The notes beneath the pieces were generated by a model. It was given only the letters and a program-made list of their open reading frames with translations, had not been told where the DNA came from and did not search any database. A program made the translations under genes and the position numbers. A stretch of DNA of 62,911 nucleotides, filler included, from Saprolegnia diclina VS20 (taxonomy: Eukaryota), in NCBI RefSeq assembly GCF_000281045.1. It is 5 parts of 2 records of this genome, joined end to end, with 100 filler letters (N's around TTAATTAATTAA, not from the genome) between each part and the next. Parts side by side here need not be neighbours in the genome. Positions count along the whole stretch, not along the records: positions 13,903 to 24,419 come from NW_008246141.1; positions 24,520 to 39,161 come from NW_008246141.1; 3 more parts are not named here. One strand, 5' to 3'. This document shows positions 23,201 through 32,320 of this stretch, piece after piece (position 1 is the stretch's first letter; each line of letters starts with the position of its first letter).

Positions 23201-24106
23201 CATGCATCGTTTTGACACTGCGACGAGTGACACCATTGATAGCGCCGGGGCAACAACTTATGGGCATGCACCAAGGCATCCGGGTGCTCGCCAAGGTCCT
23301 CGCCGCGTTTCCGTACCACCCGAAAGTGCTCTACTGGGCCTGCCTTGCGCTGGGCAACGTCGCATGTGATTTTCGTACGAATTTCCCTATTTTTATTTTT
23401 ATTATTTCGGGGTGGTGGCTAGCAGCCAATCAAGCGCGCGGCCAAAAGTACCACATTGTCGACTGCCTCGTCCAGAGCAAGATTAAATTCATCATGAAGC
23501 GGGACGCGCTCAGTGACGCAATGGCCAAGGAAGTCGAGATTCTCGACGGACTGCATGCCACGGCGATGGGCGAAGAAGCGCGCAACGTTATCGAGCGGCA
23601 CGAAACCCGCTTGGAGGGTATCGATATCTTATTTTTGTAGCAAATGATGCCAATGTGTCCATTATCACTAGGACTTCGCGCCATGTACAACTATATGGAA
23701 AGTGAAAATGTCATTGGTGTCGCGAATTTTGCCCTCGACTATATGATGAACGACGAGCAAAAGGCGATCCAAGAACGCACGCGCCACCTCGTACGTCGTG
23801 ATTTGTGCCATTGCAAATTTAAAAGGATTGTAGGCGCGCAAGATGGGAGCTGTGTACCTCCAATCGGCGCTTCAGCACTGGAAGCAACAGACTGACAAGG
23901 TGCGCGATGGTGCAGTCCTCCGTGCCTTCCTCGCACGTCTGCAGGAGCGAGAGCTCTTTGCGGCCATGCGCCAATGGGAGTGCGCGAACCGCCAGCTCCG
24001 CGTCGAGCAGCAAACATTTGCTGCGACGCTGAAGCAAACCGGCCTTGCGCTCAACTTGGGCAAGAAAAAAGCTGAGCGGTACCGTCTCATGGTCCTGAGC
24101 AAATAA
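20294..24106 (+). CDS. Multidomain protein: 2x(IQ + WW-like), trypsin-like (V8/Trypsin_2-type) domain, FN3, ARM-like repeats, coiled coil; many short introns
   Basis: IQ motifs AATMLQRMVRARLAR and LRIQRQFKTWRTR. WW-like YDQTNKQVRYVDARTG..KP and DPETKNYYYINTQT..KP. Protease motifs LDFTLCAL, IVGHPHG and GASGSAVFNFGGRLVGIHH. FN3 SVNLYW..GLAPATLYAARCRS. ARM-like REASYVLAALC and LYWACLALGNVA. Stop at 24106. Confidence 0.7.
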
Positions 24107-24419
24107 CCCATGCAGTCAAAGACTTTATGTCTTGTATACTGGGTGTGATTAGTCGTGAAAGCACATTGCTATGATTTGGAATCCTGCGGCCCGCCAATCA
24201 CGACAAATATCCGCGGGCCGGAATCGACCAGCCAATTGGCAATATTAGTCACGTCAATAACTGGACAATACATAATTGTTGACTTCATAGTCGAATTTAT
24301 CAGCAATACAAATCGTTTCAAATCCCCAAATAACTACCAGCATATATTTTAACCACGATTCGTTCCGTATTGTGTGTAAAAAAGTACAAAATTGCACAAT
24401 TTGTCTGCGTATATGCACT

Positions 24420-24519
24420 NNNNNNNNNNNNNNNNNNNNNNNNNNNNNNNNNNNNNNNNNNNNTTAATTAATTAANNNNNNNNNNNNNNNNNNNNNNNNN
24501 NNNNNNNNNNNNNNNNNNN
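24420..24519. other. Artificial contig linker N44-TTAATTAATTAA-N44
   Basis: Same 100-bp structure as 13803-13902. Confidence 0.97.
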
Positions 24520-24858
24520 AAGAATGAACGACCCGATCAAGCGAGGAAGAGGATGCAAACTCGTGTGTTGCTTGCATGTGTAGTGAGCTGCTGGCTTCTG
24601 TAGGTTGGACATACCCTGGCATACTGGTGCTGTTCCTTGGGCCTTCCAAGCAGCGGGTAGAAAGGGCAAGTTGGCCATGAGACGGCGCTGGTCTGAGAAA
24701 CGCGCGCACTGCCACGTGCGCGATGCAATTCGCTAAAGCAGTATACGATGACGAATAAACGTAGCATAACTACGGCGTACGGCGCGCATGTAACGGGGCA
24801 AATCAACTTGGATTAGCGAATTTGCGTCTCCAGCGCGATCCGGTCTTTCATTTGAGAA

Positions 24859-25302
24859 ATGGACGTCGTCGTCGTGATCCTCTTGACGCTCTGCAGCGCC
24901 GTCACCGGAGACGACAAGGCTACACCGCCCCCGGTACCGACGGCCCCGAACGGCCTCCCTCTGTGCGCAATGATGGAAGGCATCGACGGCTACTTCACGC
25001 CGCTGTACGACCAGCCAGCGTTTGCGCGTTGCATGCGCGAGGCCGACATGGCCGACGTCGACTTTCTCGCGTCCAGCGAGCCGCCGTCCGAGGCGCAGCT
25101 CGAGCTTTTTTTTCATAGCAGCTCGTGCCGAACTCTGTACTCAGCACTGCTCCGCGTGCTCACCGAGGAGATGCCTCTGTGCGCCATAGACCGCACCGGC
25201 ACGTCCATCAAGACGCTCGGCGATAAGACATTTGACGAGCTTCAACATGCGCTGCTGACGAGCCAAGCTGAGCATGGCTGGATGACGTCGTTCAACCTAT
25301 AG
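24859..25302 (+). CDS. Secreted 4-Cys elicitin-like protein A (no anchor tail)
   Basis: Signal peptide; C-x21-C-x31-C-x17-C; PPSEAQLELFFHSSSC; LGDKTFDEL. Confidence 0.8.
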   Translation: MDVVVVILLTLCSAVTGDDKATPPPVPTAPNGLPLCAMMEGIDGYFTPLYDQPAFARCMREADMADVDFLASSEPPSEAQLELFFHSSSCRTLYSALLRVLTEEMPLCAIDRTGTSIKTLGDKTFDELQHALLTSQAEHGWMTSFNL

Positions 25303-26147
25303 TCGAAGTGTTTGTGAAGCAAGAGTAATTATTCGAGTCGTTGTTTGAGCCCAGGATATGGTTTGCCTGCCTTGTCGAAATTATGACGAGCGTCTACCGG
25401 TAGTCTTTTCGTGCCTGGATGCACTCACAGTAGTAGTATTACCGTGCGATGCGCTCGAAGGAGCTGCTCGTGAGGAGTGTGGCCGAACACTCGTTGGAGT
25501 TTGAACTCTTCCAGCATCGCCGTCGTCGTTGATATGGAGTTGCTGACTCTACACAGATTCGAAGTAGTACTATCTAGCAACATCATGACACTCAACCGGC
25601 ATGCAGCGAGACCGGCGACGGTGTGCCGGCTCAGATTTCTCGATTCCCATTGGTGTAAATATCATAGTATTATGGCCAATCAACGACGGTAAACTTCAAC
25701 CGGGTATAACACCTCTTATCGGCTGCTGTCGATGACATGAAGACACTTTTCATAGCCTAAAACGTGTACTTTATCAATGTGCCAAGTAGGAGCGATTTCA
25801 TTTCCAAACGTGATTTTGCGATTCGAGCGCCTCGGCGGCCGCCGCTGCATTTTGGATCGCATTCCAATTGGTCAAAAAGAGCAATTTTTAGCAAATCGAC
25901 CGTGTTGGTGGATTCTGCGCCGGACTGCACTGGGAATCCCGTTGCGGCGAAAACACCCCCATGAGCACATTGTGTACATATTTATCGTCGCCAATTTGAC
26001 GACATATGCATTTATACGTGCAAGACTATCGACTTGATTTTATGTGAAAAGGCTGGTTGGGTTTGGATAGGAGGAGGCGCGGGCGGTGATTGGCCATAAT
26101 ACAAACTGGCTCGACGCCATCATTTTTACGAACGAGCCAGCAGCAAA

Positions 26148-26540
26148 ATGGGCATGCGGAGGCTGATCGTGGGCCTCGTCGTCGTTCTCGCGCTTGCTCT
26201 CGCCGCCGACTTGCCGAGCTGCCAGAGCGACCAGTTCTATGGCAACTACTTTGCGTCGATCCAGTCCCACCCGTCGCTGCTGCCGTGCATGCGCGCCGCC
26301 AACATGACCGACCGCGTCTTCCTCCAGATGACGCTCTTGGCACCGACGCACGCCCAAGTCGCCGCTTTCTTTGCGAGCGCCGACTGCGAATCAGTCTTCA
26401 ACGAGGTCACGCGCGTGTACCGTGAGGTTTTTCCAGCGTCCTGCGCGTTCAACGCCGATGGGTTGGACATCAAGGCGCTGGGCGCGCTGACATTTGAACA
26501 GCTCAAGCTCGCGATGCTCAACGCCACGATCGCCGTCTAA
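26148..26540 (+). CDS. Secreted 4-Cys elicitin-like protein B (no anchor tail)
   Basis: Signal peptide; C-x21-C-x32-C-x18-C; APTHAQVAAFFASADC; LGALTFEQL. Confidence 0.8.
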   Translation: MGMRRLIVGLVVVLALALAADLPSCQSDQFYGNYFASIQSHPSLLPCMRAANMTDRVFLQMTLLAPTHAQVAAFFASADCESVFNEVTRVYREVFPASCAFNADGLDIKALGALTFEQLKLAMLNATIAV

Positions 26541-26641
26541 AAACGATTCCTCGTTGAACCATAGTGATGCTACCTAATTGTTTGTGTATATACGACTAAA
26601 CTATCTTGACAGCGTGTAAAATGACGCCTCCCGCGCCCCTT

Positions 26642-27006
26642 ATATATATGAACGTGTTTCGCGTTATCTTCATAGTTACACAAAGACTTCGCATACGTAG
26701 AGACTAGCAATCTCCTTCTTCTTCATTCGCTCGCCGGTCCGTGGCTGCGCAGGCGGCGGCGCGGGGGCTCTTCTGTCGTCGCCCTACGACGCTTGTGGCC
26801 GCGGGTGAGGCCCGTGACGACACGGTCGGTCAAATCTTTCCAGGCGTCGCGGTCGGCGGCATAGCTACGCAGTTTGTCAAGGTCCTCGGAAGACGCCAGC
26901 GACTGAGGTGGCGTCAGCGACTGGAGGTCGCGGTGCAGGACGATCGGCAGCGTGATTTTGGTGCGTCCTAAGAAACGGGGCGCCTCGGATGGAGCAAAGA
27001 AGCGGT
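26642..27006 (-). mobile_element. 5'-truncated non-LTR retrotransposon (RTE-like LINE 3' end) with (TA)n tail and 11-bp target-site duplication
   Basis: Minus strand encodes DRFFAPSEAPRFLGRTKITLPIVLHRDLQSL..SEDLDKLRSYAADRDAWKDL, like an RTE ORF2 C-terminus. Direct repeat CCGCGCCCCTT at 26631-26641 and 27007-27017. Homologous copy at 59562-60069. Confidence 0.8.
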
Positions 27007-27356
27007 CCGCGCCCCTTGTTCATCAATATCTTTTGCTCCAAGCTTGGCCAAAGCCATTTGATTCCTCGGTTTCAGCATCGGCCCGTGGCCATGCGTTATT
27101 AGCGTGTATGGTTCCTGCCCGAGGTACTGCTGAGGTACACTGCTGCTGTTACCACGGAGCTTGAATTCTCTGGGTTGGGCCTAGACATACTAGTTTAGGG
27201 AATTCCGGCTTATCTGTCCGACCCAGGCTGGCCTCTATTTTTTTACATTGACTGCCATTTTGTATGTAATATATATCCTTTTTCCAATATTTTGGCTCGT
27301 GCAATCTTGCCGTGCCAGCGACAAAGACCGAGAGACCAGCTCGACGATCGAACGAC

Positions 27357-27749
27357 ATGGTTCGGGTGCTGCTGCTGGCGTGCGTGGCCATCGCAGCCGC
27401 CGAGAAGCTCCACAACTGCGACGACCTCAACCTCGACGCCTTCTTTGATGGTATTGACCGCATGGCATCGCTCGCCCCGTGCATGACCGACGCCGGTGTG
27501 ACCGACTTTGCTTTTCTCGCGTCGTCGGCGCCGCTAAGTGGCGAGCAGTGGGCCGCCTTCTTCGACAGCGCGTCCTGCCGCGCGCTCTACAACAACCTCT
27601 CGGCGACCATCTACGACAACCCAAAGATGCCCAAGTGCCAGCTCGACGCCAGTGGCACGACCCGTCGCGACCTCGCCAAGTGGAATTTCGACACGCTGCG
27701 CAACTATATGCTCCATGACATCATCCCGCGCTTGCTATCGTCCCCATAA
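27357..27749 (+). CDS. Secreted 4-Cys elicitin-like protein C (no anchor tail)
   Basis: Signal peptide; C-x20-C-x31-C-x19-C; DFAFLASS and FFDSASCRALY resemble gene A; LAKWNFDTL. Confidence 0.8.
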   Translation: MVRVLLLACVAIAAAEKLHNCDDLNLDAFFDGIDRMASLAPCMTDAGVTDFAFLASSAPLSGEQWAAFFDSASCRALYNNLSATIYDNPKMPKCQLDASGTTRRDLAKWNFDTLRNYMLHDIIPRLLSSP

Positions 27750-28084
27750 CGTTAGTCTTTCTCCTTGCTCTCTTCCTGTCGTGTCCAAGATTTGTAAAAA
27801 ATCCTAGTAGCAAACACTGCTTTCGTAGCCTAGTCACTCCACGTACGATGATGCAGGCTACGGGCGTAGAGCTTAAACGGTTGCTCAATTAGTAGCTCTG
27901 TCCCCCAATGCCCCGCGGCAGCAACCACCAGGTCCAGTCTGAGAGAGCGCGGGAAGGCGGTGTGACGTGAAACTGGATTCTGCCTTAACTAGCCGAATTG
28001 TGTCTGATAATTGTCCTATTTAGGCTACGAGCCGGTTTCAATCAGGATGTTGCCATTCCGCAACTCATGACCAGGTCGCGTAGC

Positions 28085-28477
28085 ATGATCCAACGCCTCG
28101 TGGTCCCGCTGCTTCTGCTCGCCCTCGCTGTCGTCGCCGCATCAGGCGAGAAGGTCCATCGCTGCGAAGACGTCGACTGGCACGAGCTCCAGAACAGCCT
28201 CGTCGCGCTCACAAAGGACCCGTCGGTCGCTGCTTGCATGGCCGACGCGCCGCTGCGAGGGATCGCCAAGCTCAACGCGCCGACGCTCACGGCCTTGTTG
28301 AACAGCCCTGCGTGCGAGACGCTGTACGCCAAGCTCGCTGTGGTGTACAACAGCGACAAGCTGCCAGTATGCATGCTTGACAAGGCCGATACGCGCTACA
28401 AGAACCTTGGCAGCTGGTCCTTTGCGCAGTTCAAGGAGCTCTACGGCGCCCTCGTCGAGCGGCTTCCCGCCAAGTAG
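28085..28477 (+). CDS. Secreted 4-Cys elicitin-like protein D (no anchor tail)
   Basis: Signal peptide; C-x23-C-x25-C-x18-C; SPACETLY; LGSWSFAQF. Inr/FPR-like GCCATTCCGCAACTC at 28052-28066. Confidence 0.8.
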   Translation: MIQRLVVPLLLLALAVVAASGEKVHRCEDVDWHELQNSLVALTKDPSVAACMADAPLRGIAKLNAPTLTALLNSPACETLYAKLAVVYNSDKLPVCMLDKADTRYKNLGSWSFAQFKELYGALVERLPAK

Positions 28478-28845
28478 CAACGTCTATGTGTAATTCACTT
28501 TTGTATCCCTCAATTCGCACGTGCCCTGGACCAGGAAGCACGTCATTGCGTCGTCGAGCCAACCCCGAGGCAACCTGTTTGATGCCTATGGCATGCCAGC
28601 CCGCAGGCTGCGTAGGATGTAGGACTAGGGAATACATATTCCGCAGGTGTACGACGTGGTGCAGTAGACAGCGTAGAGACGGCTCCATATGCAGGAGAGC
28701 AAGGACGCGAGATCGTCGCTCTGCCCGAACGACATGGCGTTTCTCCGAGTTGCGCACACAAGATACGGCAATTGGAACGACAATCGTTGGGCTTGAAGCA
28801 AGCGTGCACCAAAGCAGTGCTATCGCCATCGACAATGCAAATTAC

Positions 28846-29376
28846 TTAGCAAAATTGAGCAGCGACGACGACGACAAGCGCGGCAGCCGCCGAGAGCGTC
28901 GCGGCCGAGGACGGCGCGGTCGTCGGCGCGGCAGTCGCTGGCGCCGGCGCGGTCGTTGGCGACACCTTGGTCGTGGCCGCGGGCGTCGTCGAGGCCGGCG
29001 ACTCGGTGTTGTTGGTGTTGCTAAACTGCAGGAACTGCGCGAGCGTCATCTTGGCGGTTGCGGGCGCCGAGATCGTGCCAAACGCGCAGTCGCCCGCCGC
29101 CTTGAGGAGCGTCGTGAACTCCGAGAACCAGCCTTGGCAGTTGGCGTTGGCAACGACCGCCTTGGCGAGGCTCGATGGAATCTTGGAGTCGAAGAGGTTA
29201 GTGATCGACTCGGGCGTGCCCAGCGACTTGAGCTCGGCCTTGGCGCAGAGCGTCGCGTTCTCCGAGGTGGTCGAGTTGGTGATGGCGGCCTCGGACGCGG
29301 GCGAGCAGGCCGGGAGCGTCTCGGCGACGGCGAGCGCGAGCGTGGCTACGGCAGCGGTCGCGGTCAGGAGCTTCAT
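28846..29376 (-). CDS. Secreted 4-Cys elicitin-like protein E with Thr/Pro/Ala tail and GPI-like C-terminus
   Basis: Signal peptide MKLLTATAAVATLALAVA; C-x19-C-x35-C-x16-C; KMTLAQF; ends SSAATLSAAAALVVVVAAQFC. Confidence 0.75.
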   Translation of the reverse strand: MKLLTATAAVATLALAVAETLPACSPASEAAITNSTTSENATLCAKAELKSLGTPESITNLFDSKIPSSLAKAVVANANCQGWFSEFTTLLKAAGDCAFGTISAPATAKMTLAQFLQFSNTNNTESPASTTPAATTKVSPTTAPAPATAAPTTAPSSAATLSAAAALVVVVAAQFC

Positions 29377-30200
29377 CTCGGGAAATGGCTCGCTCCGGAA
29401 TTGTTGACGAAATCGTATGAAATATATTTGGCGCCTTTTCGACCAATCAAACGGCGTGAATGTTTTCACGCATAGGATTTGTATGGTCGCCCGCGCCTCG
29501 AATTCAACATTTCAGCCAATCAAGCGACGCCAAAATGAATGATTCGACCAATGGGAGCGGCCTTGATATATCGTGGCGCGCTGCCGTCAAGATCGAAGCT
29601 TTGGCACCAGTTTGGCACCAAGGCTTCGAATCCCTCGTCTTCGATGGACGAACATCGTCCATATTCGACAATGTTTACTCCAATATGTACTAAAGTAGTG
29701 ACAAAGGAAACACGATTATCGACTAAATGACTATGTAGGCTTTGTTGGGATTCCAGCTCTAGCTTGGATCGGGATGTCCAAATCGATGTATCGCACACAT
29801 TGGGAGCATCGTCATGAACTTGGAGACAGACATTCCAACGCGATGAGCTTGCCAAGCGATGGGACGCTGGACGGAATCTGAGTCCCATCTTCTTCAACTC
29901 TCTTCTTCAAGTGACATGTTCTCCGAAACATCGATGTCGACAAAGTCCTGCAATGTAAAATATATTTATCGAGTCTAGAGATACCAACACTGCCCCCTTG
30001 CAATTGGTCAAGGCTGCATGGCCATCTTTTTGGCGGCAACCATTCCACCGTCGGCGGTCGCGTGACGCGGCCGTCTCGTGTCACTGAACCGTATGCGACA
30101 CGCAGGTGGGCAGAAAGGCAACGATGCATTCGCACCTCGCGACTGCACCTGCTTCTCAGAGTCATTTTCCAACCTGCTTCGTTCAACACCTACTAGTACA

Positions 30201-30752
30201 ATGCGCTCCACCTTGCTGCTTGCTGGCGCCTCGGCCGCCTTGGCCCTCGACGCCTGCAACGTTGCCATGATGGAAGACGTCTACGCGGTCATCCAAGGCC
30301 CGCTCGGCGCATCCTGTGCCTCGGCGGTCGGCCTCGACACGAGCAATGCACAAAAGATGCCCATGGACTATGTATTTACACATATTACGTCCCCGACGCT
30401 ACTCGACGCCTTGGGCAAGTCGGCCGCGTGTACGAGTTGGTGGTCGGCGGTCACCAAGTCGATGGCAACGGTGCCCAACTGCACGCTGGGCCCTGTCTCG
30501 CTCCAGCAAGTCCAGGCCATGACGATTGCGCAGTACTTTGCCGCCAACAACGACTACATCAACCATGTGGAAACCAACATTGCCAACAACACGACGGATG
30601 CACCGATCCCGGTCTTGACGACGGTGCTGCCGACGACGACGACACCGGCCGCGACGACCACGAAGGCGCCGGTCAACCCGACGGGCGGTGCGTCCGCAGC
30701 GACGATTTCGCTCGCAATTGCCTCGGTCGTCCTCGCCACCGCCATGCTCTAA
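30201..30752 (+). CDS. Secreted 4-Cys elicitin-like protein F with Thr/Pro tail and GPI-like C-terminus
   Basis: Signal peptide; C-x19-C-x37-C-x16-C; QAMTIAQY. Inr/FPR-like GTCATTTTCCAACCTG at 30161-30176. Confidence 0.8.
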   Translation: MRSTLLLAGASAALALDACNVAMMEDVYAVIQGPLGASCASAVGLDTSNAQKMPMDYVFTHITSPTLLDALGKSAACTSWWSAVTKSMATVPNCTLGPVSLQQVQAMTIAQYFAANNDYINHVETNIANNTTDAPIPVLTTVLPTTTTPAATTTKAPVNPTGGASAATISLAIASVVLATAML

Positions 30753-31319
30753 TATCTAAATATCATCCATGTATATTGTACATGGTCCTCGCGTCGGTGG
30801 ACCGGAAATGGGGCAAGACCGAGTGGGCCGCGTTGCAGCGACAACAGACCCAGTGAGGCGAAGGCTTCTGGCGAAAGCAGACTAACACGAGCTCCATACT
30901 GGCTGGGAGCTGAATCAGACGGAATAGTAATGATCCTAGGCTTGGTCTGGGTTTGTTGATCTGGTCGGGCGGATGTCGGTCGGTCGCCGAGTTGTGGGCC
31001 GAGTAGCCAAACGTCTCTTCTTGCACCGGTCGCAGCAAGAGCAGCGCCCAGTGCAAGGAGCAAATCCTCTCGCACCTACTTCAAAGTGCGACGCCTTGCA
31101 TATCCTAGGTCGGTGCCAGAATCAGAAACATGTTTCCTTGGCCAACTGCAATTACGTGACGTGGCAACGTGCCACGCACGCGAGTGGCGGTGGCGTGACG
31201 TTTAAATATTATTTTCTAGAGTTTTGGAAACCACACCTGTATCAATGGATATCCACATGTCACAGAAAGCTTTCTGCCATCCAGGTGGCCATGACGATGG
31301 CAGTCTCACTTTCGCCAGC

Positions 31320-31931
31320 ATGCAGAGCCTGGTCCTCTACCTCCTTCTTGCCTTGACGGCGACGGCGTCGGCCGTGCTCTCGCCATGCAACTTCAACGAC
31401 CTCGACGCGACCTATAAGATCATCCAAGGCCCCCAGGCGGTCGCATGTGCATCGGCCGTCGGGCTCGTCCAGGTCGACGCCAACAAGGCGCCGCTCGACA
31501 CGATCTTTACCAAGATTGCGTCGCCGGCGATGCTGTCGTCGCTGTCGCAGGCGCCGGCGTGCACTGATTGGTGGGCGGCCGTGACCACTTCAATGGCGTA
31601 CGTCGGTTCGTGCTCGTTGGGCGGCGTGAGCCTCCGTGCGATCCAGCACATGACGATCGTCGAGTATTTTACCAACAACAACGACGCGATCAACAACCTC
31701 CCGCCCAAGGTCACGACGTCCATCTACGACGACGTGCCCGCGCTTGCGACGACACCGGTGGTGACCATGGCTGAGAACCCGACGGTGACGCTTGCGCCGA
31801 CGACCGTGCCGACGCCGACCACAGCCGCAGCGACGACCAAGACAACGGTGACGACGGCGCCGACGTCGTCGAGCGTTGCGGTCACGAGTACCATGACGAG
31901 TCTTGTTGTGCTCTTGCTCGTGGCACTATGA
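31320..31931 (+). CDS. Secreted 4-Cys elicitin-like protein G, close paralogue of F, with Thr/Pro tail and GPI-like C-terminus
   Basis: Same Cys spacing as F. Shared IQGP..CASAVGL and ACTxWWxAVTxSMAxVxxCxLGxVSL..MTIxxYFxxNNDxIN. Confidence 0.8.
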   Translation: MQSLVLYLLLALTATASAVLSPCNFNDLDATYKIIQGPQAVACASAVGLVQVDANKAPLDTIFTKIASPAMLSSLSQAPACTDWWAAVTTSMAYVGSCSLGGVSLRAIQHMTIVEYFTNNNDAINNLPPKVTTSIYDDVPALATTPVVTMAENPTVTLAPTTVPTPTTAAATTKTTVTTAPTSSSVAVTSTMTSLVVLLLVAL

Positions 31932-31955
31932 AGCACTTCATCGAAGACAATACAT

Positions 31956-32311
31956 CTATTCCATTAACAATAGAGCAAGTGATATCAAAGTCAAATGATC
32001 GCCTTGGTGTTGTGGAAATTTGTACAAAAAGCGCTAGCACGAGGGCTGCAAACCGCGATCCGTAACTTCTAAATGATACGAACCAGANNNNNNNNNNNNN
32101 NNNNNNNNNNNNNNNNNNNNNNNNNNNNNNNNNNNNNNNNNNNNNNNNNNNNNNNNNNNNNNNNNNNNNNNNNNNNNNNNNNNNNNNCTATTCCATTAAC
32201 AATAGAGCAAGTGATATCAAAGTCAAATGATGGCCTTGGCATTGTGAAAATTTGTGCAAAAAGCCAGGACTGTAAACCGCTATCCGTAACGTCTCAATGA
32301 GACGACCCAGA
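31956..32311. repeat. Diverged ~130-bp direct duplication on both sides of a 100-N gap (probably uncollapsed alleles)
   Basis: 31956-32087 vs 32188-32311: the first 44 bp are identical, then SNPs and a small indel. Confidence 0.8.
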
Positions 32312-32320
32312 AGCGCTGCG

